64,000 nucleotides of DNA from a virus. Below the pieces are notes generated by a model. That model made no database searches. It was given only the letters and a program-made list of their open reading frames with translations, and was not told the origin of the DNA. The stretch lies in IMG/VR virus record IMGVR_UViG_3300045988_174353, positions 12,580-76,579 of that record. One strand, 5' to 3'. This document shows, one piece after another, positions 56,701 to 64,000 of this stretch. The translations under genes were made by a program, and so were the position numbers. Position 1 is the first letter of the stretch, and each line of letters opens with the position of its first letter.

Positions 56701-58651
56701 TTTCATCTTCATAAAATGAACAATCGTCTGCCCAATAAAAATATTCCTTTTCATTTTCGGCACGTCTAACACTTTCATTATAGGACATAATTCTCCATGT
56801 CCTATACTTTGCAAAAACCGAGGTAAACCAATTTTTTAAGACATAATTCTTTATTCCATAATAAACACATGAAATATAATTGTTAAATATCGAATACTCT
56901 CTATGGTAGATAACTACATCATTTTCATAGTTTGAGTTGTACACACTGCCTAACTGTTGCAAAGTCTCTGTGCCATCATGACCCCAAAATGCTTTATATC
57001 TTGCATTGATTTGAAGGGCTTTGTTGCCAAATCTATTAACTTTTTCCTTTTGAAAAACTGAATCTTGTTCGATAAGTGTTAAACTATCCGAAGTGTTATC
57101 ATTTATAACAATATCATCTTTTTCATTATCCTTAGAATGGACAATTGCCCCATTATAAAATCCTTGATAATCAACAATAAAAAATATTGCCTTTAAGCCC
57201 AAAGAGGCATTTTTATACGGATTGAATACCGAAGAAAATACGTTATATACAACTCCATTTTTTTCTTCGCTGTTTATTCCTTGAGCAGATTCCCACAACT
57301 TAAATACAGAACTACTGTCATAGACCTGGCTAATTTCAACGTCTTCATCATCATCTTCTTTGAATTGTTCTCTTACTTCTGCATTACTAAGGATTCCGTA
57401 AGGGCAAAAATACTCCATTCTTGTCAGCAAATTTTGAACATAAGTATATTTATTGTCATTATAAAATCCAGGATAAGTATAGAGTTTTCCCCAACCCTCG
57501 ATATACCGACTACCGATATCATAGCCCACGGTACAAAAAAGATATTCCGCCATCTCATCAATGCTTGTGGGGATATTATCTTTATGTAAATCACTCCAAT
57601 CTTGCGACAACGCATTCCTTTCAGTATTTAATTTTACAAGTTTTGAAATATCTTGTTGGCATAAAATATATTTTTGCTGTGCAGAAGATTTAGTCCCGTC
57701 TTTTTTAATATGTATCACATTTATTTTCTTGTAGTAACACATATACATTTTATTTATGCGATAAATCGGATAGCCTAATTCTATACGCATATTTTCAATC
57801 GTCATCAATGCGTTATCATTATTCCTAAAATTTACACACTCAACAGACCTACAAATCCCATCTTTTGATAAAGCGTCGGAATAATTTCTACGCAAATTAT
57901 CGCAATAATTATCACTTGTCATTGAACCTGTAATAATATTCACATTTTGCGGATTTTTATCAAATTCCCCATTACGTTTTGATATGTCTAAAGCATATAT
58001 AACATCATCTTTTACATAAGGAATCATGTCTTTTACAATAAATAAAGATGACAAAAAACTCCGCAGTGTGGGGGCGTTAAAAGTTTTTTCGGGAGCCAGA
58101 ACATCACCGAAAATATCAGACAATGTCTCACTTAACGAATATTTCTTTACAAATTCCCACTTAAATGTTTTTTGCCCGTAATAACTATAAACTTGTTTTT
58201 TATATATCGGAGAATATAATTCTACAATAGTTGTTGCTTTATCCCAAACGTTTATTTTTCGACCTTCAAGAGGTTGAGTTATTGAAATATTAGGTAACTG
58301 TATCGTTTCGAGTTTTTTCGTTTCACTCATTAACTCGATTTTATATTTATACCGTCCTTCTTCTTCCGAATCGCCTAAACGCAATACTTCTTCCGTAAAC
58401 TGGTCTACAAGTAAATGTTTATAAAATTTCGGTTGCGGATTCGTTTCGTCAAAAGGATATCCAATAAATTTATAATCTTTATCTGTAAAAGAATAAATAA
58501 AAACGTCATCATAAGGCATTAATCCTTTTATTTTGCTAACGTTATTTATTATAATGGAGCCGCTATCCAAAGTTTCGTTATACTCCTCTGCAAAAGTGGC
58601 TCCTTGTAATATATCATATTGTATTCCGTTAATTGTCGCTCTTAAATCCAT
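53771..58651 (-). CDS. giant tail protein (1626 aa; Tal/minor-structural-protein-like N-terminus)
   Basis: The N-terminus MDLRATINGIQYDILQGATFAEEYNETLDSGSIIINN resembles the N-terminal region of phage minor structural/tail-associated proteins. Very AT-rich compared with its flanks. Confidence 0.65.
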   Translation of the reverse strand: MDLRATINGIQYDILQGATFAEEYNETLDSGSIIINNVSKIKGLMPYDDVFIYSFTDKDYKFIGYPFDETNPQPKFYKHLLVDQFTEEVLRLGDSEEEGRYKYKIELMSETKKLETIQLPNISITQPLEGRKINVWDKATTIVELYSPIYKKQVYSYYGQKTFKWEFVKKYSLSETLSDIFGDVLAPEKTFNAPTLRSFLSSLFIVKDMIPYVKDDVIYALDISKRNGEFDKNPQNVNIITGSMTSDNYCDNLRRNYSDALSKDGICRSVECVNFRNNDNALMTIENMRIELGYPIYRINKMYMCYYKKINVIHIKKDGTKSSAQQKYILCQQDISKLVKLNTERNALSQDWSDLHKDNIPTSIDEMAEYLFCTVGYDIGSRYIEGWGKLYTYPGFYNDNKYTYVQNLLTRMEYFCPYGILSNAEVREQFKEDDDEDVEISQVYDSSSVFKLWESAQGINSEEKNGVVYNVFSSVFNPYKNASLGLKAIFFIVDYQGFYNGAIVHSKDNEKDDIVINDNTSDSLTLIEQDSVFQKEKVNRFGNKALQINARYKAFWGHDGTETLQQLGSVYNSNYENDVVIYHREYSIFNNYISCVYYGIKNYVLKNWFTSVFAKYRTWRIMSYNESVRRAENEKEYFYWADDCSFYEDENIVDASSSVNSFNRIFSFLSPYTADDIIGVYEFRNDYDINAGYILTDGKKFYSDVQAFAAGNNLCFNVKMNDNYTQGPFISAFEPFVNAIDDNGDVFDYSSKTWKELFFGSNSKDYAGSKQKLTVFTDNYGYATRLGFFVGHQDNNDLFYFENFKKLNSEKATDKIAQIYASNIFTAPQMLTELNDKIGVEKSYSKDNKEHIDMTLQFENLCLSDNIVLSPWIFKLSDLLGGKHRFAEDIEKEQDVGFKSGIKVYAVQFEGYSNIFTVGTSFNSSTQEVHLTPAVILQIGQNNIRKENLVSVSNIDGLKEIPNIENFEIKFNNLKDEYSLKSQLFHNNFTSGIFLNKFTGKKIQLKFTNDTDSTPVMAFLRGELSFFVISKPLSATNYGEISYTEHIISDFAFYLPVMGQIPSFSGTLMPNGIQEYTQCGLNSGDGWVYFATLADDKAGSAIDKSQFNSVFGKTRLLKSEWFPSLISPVSICGGVDMSILADDGQIDPFTNAETMLKKFRYKDLSNNKVISYPISSYPMNDNQFLGVQIGCYLGGPTRWMYRAGSLDYYIPNRGLEWNGHNILDLQKQEISLQIATSQKDKILYHKNMVLLPSDNAINKEIVSKTYTYNELTNKNNLNVKDYMTLNTDENGNSYVSVTPVNNCKSLSLYYLDDAEAYKKDFGPTGAIVNYSYEPNNCLYHFVFGVNFSDNNKEEPYKAYISAVKRKDMRIFNKYHQVVGKSLNYLQHPQAKKWGMQLFESVEVPLVTKSLNDTSWADIKRIAESDMALPVWNIGDTKTVTTKDGRQYIVRLVETRPGHVYPIDGGEVPHIIFEFVECINLEGQTDFTPVLNPKTLYVGSDIQTTILPSFFDLLPDDLQAVIKEVKYTVYDFELPGNVRPAGRETQGKLFLPSYTEITGSGNVNISQLQYYKTIKKYTKNIVGTETAGVWFLRDSESVGGGTPLLYRAFGSLVSGGDTGAISPFFAI

Positions 58652-58665
58652 AAATTGTTCTCCAT

Positions 58666-59256
58666 TTAATTAAGAGTATTTTGACCTTCATTAGAAAGCC
58701 CAAGTCGTTGTGCCTGAAATTGAGTTTGAGCATTTGTAGCATTCAATTGCTGATAATATCCACTCATTTTTTGCTGATACTGAATTTCTCGATTAACGCC
58801 ATAAGTAATTCCGCCCCCAGCCGCTCCAATCACTGCCCCAATTGCCCCACCTATAGGACCGAAAGCGGACCCCAAAGCAAAGCCTGTTTTCCCGCCTGAA
58901 TACATACTTTTACCTAAAGATACAGCATAAGAAATTTGCCCAGATATCTGATTATAAGCATTTTCAGAAAGATAGTCTTCCTTTATAGAAAAATATCTTC
59001 CTTTTGCATAATTTAAGGAAGAACTTAAAATTGAAGTTGCTTGCGCACTCGCAATTTTAAGCATAGAAACAACCGCGACGGCTTTGGACCCTGCGGCGGC
59101 ACCTTCACTATCTGACGCATTATCTAAAATCTTTTTAGCGTCAAGAGCCTTTTTGCCCCCATCGTCAGAACCGTTTCCAGAAATACTGCCATTTGATTGT
59201 CCTTTTCCCCCGCCACCTACTATTCGTATTGTCACGGTACGAGTTGAACCAGCCAT
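58666..59256 (-). CDS. Gly-rich protein with glycine-zipper segment
   Basis: 196 aa containing GFALGSAFGPIGGAIGAVIGAAGGGITYG. Confidence 0.55.
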   Translation of the reverse strand: MAGSTRTVTIRIVGGGGKGQSNGSISGNGSDDGGKKALDAKKILDNASDSEGAAAGSKAVAVVSMLKIASAQATSILSSSLNYAKGRYFSIKEDYLSENAYNQISGQISYAVSLGKSMYSGGKTGFALGSAFGPIGGAIGAVIGAAGGGITYGVNREIQYQQKMSGYYQQLNATNAQTQFQAQRLGLSNEGQNTLN

Positions 59257-59267
59257 GTTACCTCCTT

Positions 59268-60131
59268 TTATTTGGCAAAAGCGAACGATAATATCGGAAT
59301 TTCACCAATATTTGATTGTCCATCAAACGAAACCAATTTTGTCTTTGTTCTTATAGCAGGAAGTAAATAATTCCCATCTTTGTCTTTCGCCTTAAACCGA
59401 ATTTCAATATCAAAAGAATTATCTATACCTATCGGTACATTTTGCAAATCTCCATTTACAAGACTTGTCAAAGTCACACAGTCTTTTATAAGTTTGCTAT
59501 CCGTGAATAAATAAATCGCACACCCACAATTAAATGAACCTAATCGAGCAACCGAATCGGCAATATCATGAGTGCCATAAAAGGCTTGACTATCCAAATT
59601 GTTGTTAAAGTGAAATTCAGAAGAAATCAAATCAATTTGCTCAACAACTTCTTCATTGTTTTCATCTGTATAATGATAAAACATGTCGAATTGACTAATT
59701 GATTTTGTAATTACAAAAGTCCCGTTAAGAGCCAAAACTCCGCGAAAGCCTTCGTAAACCTCATTGAAATTTAATAAAACAGTTGGAGTTTCATAGATTT
59801 GCTGTGTATAATCATTTTCAAACTCTAAATTATACTTTGCCGCATAATCAGTTAAAAGTTTTTGGCACACAAAACAATGATTTTGTTCAGATATCGCAGT
59901 TAAAGAAACTCCTAAAACCGTTTGTCCAAACAATATAGAAGCAGGAGCAAATTTAACTACAATGTAAATGGTTTTTGAATGTGCAAATGTCTTTTTTAAG
60001 AACTGAACTTCATTTGTGACTTCGATATTATAGCCGTCAAAATACGGGTCTTCCATTACAACCGCTAAATTGTTTCGGACAACCTGAATCAATTCTTCGT
60101 AATTTATTTTTTCGGGGTCGCGTTTTACCAT
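59268..60131 (-). CDS. virion structural protein (tail tube or distal tail candidate)
   Basis: 287-aa ORF. Assigned only by its position between the head-tail joining-like genes and the giant tail protein. Confidence 0.45.
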   Translation of the reverse strand: MVKRDPEKINYEELIQVVRNNLAVVMEDPYFDGYNIEVTNEVQFLKKTFAHSKTIYIVVKFAPASILFGQTVLGVSLTAISEQNHCFVCQKLLTDYAAKYNLEFENDYTQQIYETPTVLLNFNEVYEGFRGVLALNGTFVITKSISQFDMFYHYTDENNEEVVEQIDLISSEFHFNNNLDSQAFYGTHDIADSVARLGSFNCGCAIYLFTDSKLIKDCVTLTSLVNGDLQNVPIGIDNSFDIEIRFKAKDKDGNYLLPAIRTKTKLVSFDGQSNIGEIPILSFAFAK

Positions 60132-60141
60132 TCAAATCACC

Positions 60142-60504
60142 TTAATATTTTGCTTTTAATCCCATAAGAGTTAGCCATTGAGAAATCGATTTCCTTATAC
60201 AATTATCTACATAATTCGCATGCAATCCGCTATAGCCACCAGTTATATCAACTTCATTAGCATAACTTCCCTTGCCCGTATAAACAACTACACCCTTTTT
60301 TCGATACAGTGCGACGTCATAAATTTGAGCAGGAATTTCTATATCAAAACCGCTATCGCCATTGATATTTTGATATTGTTTTATCGTTATTGTATTTGCA
60401 AGATTGCCCGATAAATGAACTTTATCAAATTCGGCTTTGAGATTTTGAATGATTATTTTTGCTAATTTTAATTTGGCTCGTTGCCAATCTATCTCTTTAG
60501 CCAC
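60142..60504 (-). CDS. hypothetical virion protein
   Basis: 120-aa ORF. Confidence 0.5.
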   Translation of the reverse strand: MAKEIDWQRAKLKLAKIIIQNLKAEFDKVHLSGNLANTITIKQYQNINGDSGFDIEIPAQIYDVALYRKKGVVVYTGKGSYANEVDITGGYSGLHANYVDNCIRKSISQWLTLMGLKAKY

Positions 60505-60506
60505 AA

Positions 60507-60881
60507 TTAACCTTTTAACTGAATATACGTTCGATAACTTCCGACCCGCAAATATTGATTTTGTTTCTTTATCGGCTCGGACTGAATCCTGTCGACGCGG
60601 AACAATTCGTCGTGATAACGAACGATATCGTTCTGCTTTAATGCGACAGGCGTTTTTACGTTGTCGTGCGTTTCAAGCGTTACGGTTCTTTGCTCTGCCA
60701 TAAACGCACTTTCTACTATCTGATTTTCGGTTGTGTCTGCGTTGACTTCCTTTGCGTAAAACATCCCCGTCGGACGCGGATAATGAGCAATTAAGTCTGC
60801 AGGTAACATATCTCTGTCATCCACAGACCAAAACTCACATTTCATAAACGCGTCTCTTCTGCCCATCCAAAGGTCTATCAT
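60507..60881 (-). CDS. head-tail joining / head-closure-like protein (tentative)
   Basis: 124 aa. The C-terminus ..NDIVRYHDELFRVDRIQSEP....YLRVGSYRTYIQLKG resembles the D.V.Y.G..Y.V..V pattern of head-closure proteins. Confidence 0.4.
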   Translation of the reverse strand: MIDLWMGRRDAFMKCEFWSVDDRDMLPADLIAHYPRPTGMFYAKEVNADTTENQIVESAFMAEQRTVTLETHDNVKTPVALKQNDIVRYHDELFRVDRIQSEPIKKQNQYLRVGSYRTYIQLKG

Positions 60882-61441
60882 TTCTTTTCGTCCTTTCCGA
60901 GATGTCCTTTTATCGAAGAAATTATTTTGCTTGCATTGAACGAAACTTCTTCGATTTTATTTTCGTATGCCCAACGCGGTATAGGGTTGACTGCGGTGGC
61001 GGGTATTTGACAAATAAACACAACTACAAGGAACTGCAACAGTTCTTCCTGCACCGAACCCATAAAATAAATTATGATAATCGCTAACAGTAACGGGATA
61101 AATATTTTCGTCATTGCGTCAATCGCTTTCGTATACGCAGAAAAAATCATCCCTTTACGAATCGCTTTCAGCATTTTAATGAAGAATATCGCAATAAACA
61201 CTATTGCAATCAATCCCCACCCGCCAATCGTTACGGATTCTTTGCTCGGCTTCGAAACAAACAGATTAAACCGCCATGCAAGAAACGCAAACGGGATTAT
61301 TGCCCCAATAAAGACATATAGAGCCAATCTTGTAGCAAATTCCTTAGGCGTTAGTTTTCTTGGTATTTGCGGGCTTTTTACCGCTTCTGACGACGTCTGG
61401 GTGTTGCTGTTGTTCGTCGCTTTGATTTCCTGCTCCGACAT
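60878..61441 (-). CDS. polytopic membrane protein in structural operon
   Basis: 187 aa with about 4-5 TM segments. AAGGAG RBS. Overlaps the upstream ORF by 98 nt. Confidence 0.55.
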   Translation of the reverse strand: MSEQEIKATNNSNTQTSSEAVKSPQIPRKLTPKEFATRLALYVFIGAIIPFAFLAWRFNLFVSKPSKESVTIGGWGLIAIVFIAIFFIKMLKAIRKGMIFSAYTKAIDAMTKIFIPLLLAIIIIYFMGSVQEELLQFLVVVFICQIPATAVNPIPRWAYENKIEEVSFNASKIISSIKGHLGKDEKK

Positions 61442-62399
61442 CTTTCGATTTCTCCTTTTCTTTGATAAAGTCTAAAATAAATTTGTCGATTTCCTGTTCT
61501 TCGTCAAAATCTTCTACGACTTTCGGATTGTTTTCCATTGTAACGTAAAACTCGTTGATATATTCGGTCTTCTGAATGACGTGCGACTGTCTGTATTCGT
61601 ATTCCATGAAATATTTAGCGTTAGCGTATTTCATAGACCCAAATGAAATCCATAACAAAATCTGCAACGAGTTCCACATCATATTCGCAAGAACCTGGTC
61701 GGAAAATACAGGCTTCAACATGTACAAACCGCAAATAATACCCATTGCGACTTTGTAGAATACGTCGGACGTATTGACTATCGCGGAATATTCGCGTTCG
61801 GATTTACCAAACCTGCCAAATGTTTTCCCTAAAAGCGTTTTATCCTTATTAGAATCGCTCAAAAGGTCGCCCGCGTAAAGTTTATCAACCTTAGCCGATT
61901 TTGCCCGTTCTAACTGCCTTTTCTGGTCTTCGTTGAGTTTATCTGGGTGAGATTCGTAATATCCAACCTTAAAGCCTTTCCAGGATAAGCCAGCCGACAA
62001 TATTATGTCTTTCCTCTTTGATTCGAGTTCAATTGCGTTTTTATATTCGCACCACGATTGAAGTTTATCGAAGTATTTCGTCGCTTTTGTTTTTGCTTCG
62101 CCGTACGCTTTCATTGAGCCTTCAAACAGTTCGCCTTTGCGACCGTCTTTTAAGCCCATTGAGTTCATACTTGCCGAAATGATTATTCCGATAACCAACG
62201 ATAATCCGATATCGCCAAGAACTTCAAGTATGGTGACGTTCTTTTTTGTTAATGAAAATAAACCTTGCGAAACGTATACGACGGAAACAACCAAGATAAG
62301 CAATTTCTGTATGCTGTCTCTCAGTTTTTCTCCAAACTTCTTTTTCTTTGTTACGTATTGCGTATCAATTGATGCCAATTGCTTGTTTTCGTCAGTCAT
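61344..62399 (-). CDS. membrane protein in structural operon
   Basis: ATG 62399 follows an AGGTGAGG RBS. TM pairs lie near residues 35-75 and 225-270. Confidence 0.55.
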   Translation of the reverse strand: MTDENKQLASIDTQYVTKKKKFGEKLRDSIQKLLILVVSVVYVSQGLFSLTKKNVTILEVLGDIGLSLVIGIIISASMNSMGLKDGRKGELFEGSMKAYGEAKTKATKYFDKLQSWCEYKNAIELESKRKDIILSAGLSWKGFKVGYYESHPDKLNEDQKRQLERAKSAKVDKLYAGDLLSDSNKDKTLLGKTFGRFGKSEREYSAIVNTSDVFYKVAMGIICGLYMLKPVFSDQVLANMMWNSLQILLWISFGSMKYANAKYFMEYEYRQSHVIQKTEYINEFYVTMENNPKVVEDFDEEQEIDKFILDFIKEKEKSKDVGAGNQSDEQQQHPDVVRSGKKPANTKKTNA

Positions 62400-62417
62400 G
62401 TGCCTCACCTATTATTC

Positions 62418-63458
62418 TTAATATCTTCCCGCGACATCTTCCTGTTTAACTTCAGCAGGTTTTCCGTCGCCGAGCGAATTATTTTTTTCTTCCAACTCTT
62501 TAATCATGTCGAGTTTATCCTGTTCGGCTTGCTTGTTCGTCTCTATTTCCGCGTGAACGATTTTCTTTACTTCGTCGGCAAGCGTTTCCGCTTTCTTCGA
62601 ATTAGCCGAAAGTTCCTGAATTATAGCAAGTCTTGCTTCAGGCGTGTTCTCTTGCGACAACACCATACAACGCGCCATAGATTGACAAGTTGCCGTAATA
62701 TCCGTCAAACTCTTACTAAGTTCATCAAAAGACGGTCCGAACTTTTCGCCAAGGAATGAGTTGATTCCTTTTGAAACTTCGCTTTCCGTAGCAACTTGAA
62801 CCGCGGCGGAAATCTCCTGCGCGGTTTGCGCCTTTATCTTCTTCGATTTAAGCAAAGTTACGCAGAACCCACTTCCCATAAATAACGAGATTGCCCAACT
62901 TATCAACGTCATCAAATTCTTTAACGTAAACAAATCTTCAAACTTACCGTTCTTTACAGTATCGACAAGACCTAAAATATATTTAATTTCATTCTGATTT
63001 ACTTCAAATACAGCCGAAACAAGATTTTCACCTTCGACCATGGCAAACGTATAACTTCCGTCTTCGCTTGCCACCAAAGCCGTCCCGTTTACGGTCAACG
63101 ATTTCAAACCGAATAAAGAGTACGGTTTTGCGTATACCGTTACGATATCGCCAACATTGCCTTCGGTCTTATCGATTATAACGTCGCCGTACTGAATATT
63201 GTCAAGCACAACCTTACAAGGCATTTCAGTTGTTTCGCCAGCATCAGGATTTTTTTCTTCGCCGCCTTCAGCGGGTTGACTTCCCTTTCCTTCACCAGTC
63301 GCAGGAGTCTGTTCACCCTCGGTCGCGGGCGGTGTAACGACGGCGTCTTCCGCCGCATAAACTCTCGTAGCCGTCTTCGGCATCCACACAAGCCCCGCAA
63401 CACCTATCAAGGCAAAACAAAGCGTCATTGTAGCAAAAAATGCGGTTAATTTCTTCAT
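62418..63458 (-). CDS. secreted/membrane-anchored protein with Ig-like repeat and coiled coil
   Basis: Signal peptide MKKLTAFFATMTLCFALIGVAGLVWMP..VYAAE, a Pro/Glu/Gly linker, a beta-domain (CKVVLDNIQYGDVIIDKTEGNVGDIVTVYAKP..LTVNGTAL), a TM segment and then a coiled coil. Confidence 0.6.
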   Translation of the reverse strand: MKKLTAFFATMTLCFALIGVAGLVWMPKTATRVYAAEDAVVTPPATEGEQTPATGEGKGSQPAEGGEEKNPDAGETTEMPCKVVLDNIQYGDVIIDKTEGNVGDIVTVYAKPYSLFGLKSLTVNGTALVASEDGSYTFAMVEGENLVSAVFEVNQNEIKYILGLVDTVKNGKFEDLFTLKNLMTLISWAISLFMGSGFCVTLLKSKKIKAQTAQEISAAVQVATESEVSKGINSFLGEKFGPSFDELSKSLTDITATCQSMARCMVLSQENTPEARLAIIQELSANSKKAETLADEVKKIVHAEIETNKQAEQDKLDMIKELEEKNNSLGDGKPAEVKQEDVAGRY

Positions 63459-64000
63459 ACATTATCTCCTTCCGTATTCTCCGTTATGGTTCCCGTAGAA
63501 TCGGTTGTTTCGGTTTTTTCTTCTGCCGCTATGCAGGTTTTTTTGACGAGTTCAAGTATCTTTGCGTTCGTTTCTTTATAAGTCTTATAAAACTCCGCCT
63601 GTTCGGCTTCGATTTTCGCCTTAAACTCTGCTATTTCTGCGTGAGTTTCGCTCTGCGCTTTCGCGAACATTAAAGATAAATTATCGACGGTACTGTTAAA
63701 TCTGGAATTATTATTCGACATTGTTCCGTCAAACTCGTTTCTCGTCGAAGTCCTAAACGTGTCAAACGACGCATTCAATGCCGCGATTCTGCTGTCTATA
63801 TCGCCCGCCGAACTCGACTTAAACTCATTAAACGTTTTTACTAATTCCGTTACTGTTTCGTCGATAGCCGCTTTCGTCCTTGATATTTGTTTTTCTGCGG
63901 CTTCTACAATCTTTTCCAACTCGCCGATTTTTGCATTTTGCGGCGCAAGCAGATTATCGCGCGATGTAACGTAGTAATTTCTTTTCTGCGCGTTGTACAC
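63455..64000 (-). CDS. coiled-coil protein, 5' partial (continues beyond window end)
   Basis: The ORF is open to the window edge and its stop overlaps the next start (ATGA). Alpha-helical, coiled-coil composition. Confidence 0.55.
   Translation of the reverse strand: MYNAQKRNYYVTSRDNLLAPQNAKIGELEKIVEAAEKQISRTKAAIDETVTELVKTFNEFKSSSAGDIDSRIAALNASFDTFRTSTRNEFDGTMSNNNSRFNSTVDNLSLMFAKAQSETHAEIAEFKAKIEAEQAEFYKTYKETNAKILELVKKTCIAAEEKTETTDSTGTITENTEGDNV

Noticed and set aside
58666-59256. Tape measure protein
   Set aside because: It is only 196 aa and Gly-rich, and it lacks the long coiled coil expected of a tape measure. No other ORF in the window fits, so none is annotated.
61344-61441. Frameshift explanation for the 98-nt overlap between 61344..62399 and 60878..61441
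   Set aside because: I tried adding or removing one base in the nearby A-runs. Neither change produces a stop near the downstream ATG, so the overlap is accepted as given.
1-64000. Calling the element an integrated prophage or temperate phage
   Set aside because: I could recognise no integrase, excisionase, CI-type repressor, att repeat or flanking bacterial gene in the window. Lifestyle cannot be decided from this sequence.

Overview
This window looks like a 64-kb piece of a tailed dsDNA phage or prophage genome. About 95% of the coding is on the minus strand, in tightly packed, often overlapping operons. Strong AGGAGG-type RBSs, near-consensus sigma-70/sigma-A promoters, lipobox signal peptides and YopX-type genes suggest a Gram-positive (Bacillota-like) host; that host call is inference only.

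Layout, read along the minus strand from high to low coordinates:
- 64000-38500: virion and tail module. It holds membrane and coiled-coil proteins, a head-tail joining-like protein, a 1626-aa tail/baseplate protein and a large tail-fibre locus. The fibre locus has repeated fibre-tip/chaperone cassettes and contains a full-length GAPDH homologue.
- 42700-38500: an odd cluster of Cys/Gly/Q-rich proteins plus a BclA-C/C1q-like protein.
- 37950-29650: early/replication module. It has two XRE HTH regulators, a Cas4-like PD-(D/E)XK exonuclease, a DUF669-type SSB, a PrimPol/D5-type primase-helicase and an Hjc-like resolvase. It also has an SF2 DEAH helicase whose Walker A motif is split by an intein carrying a LAGLIDADG endonuclease.
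- 29190-27630: large terminase.
- 27600-8600: about 20 kb of small genes, including YopX paralogues, an MT-A70 methylase, an ASCH protein, an AP2-domain protein and a sigma-region-4/alpha-CTD-like protein.
- 8590-7860: a 730-bp AT-rich non-coding region with nested repeats.
- 7700-3974: a TerS-like gene and an SPP1-type portal.
- 1-2200: a short plus-strand block. Two plus-strand free-standing HNH endonuclease islands also interrupt the minus-strand operons.

At least 13 near-consensus promoters can be read directly, several of them fused to terminator hairpins. I could not find a tRNA, rRNA, CRISPR array, integrase, major capsid protein, canonical tape measure or endolysin in the window. Four ORF disruptions all sit at short A-runs, which may indicate homopolymer under-calling in the assembly.
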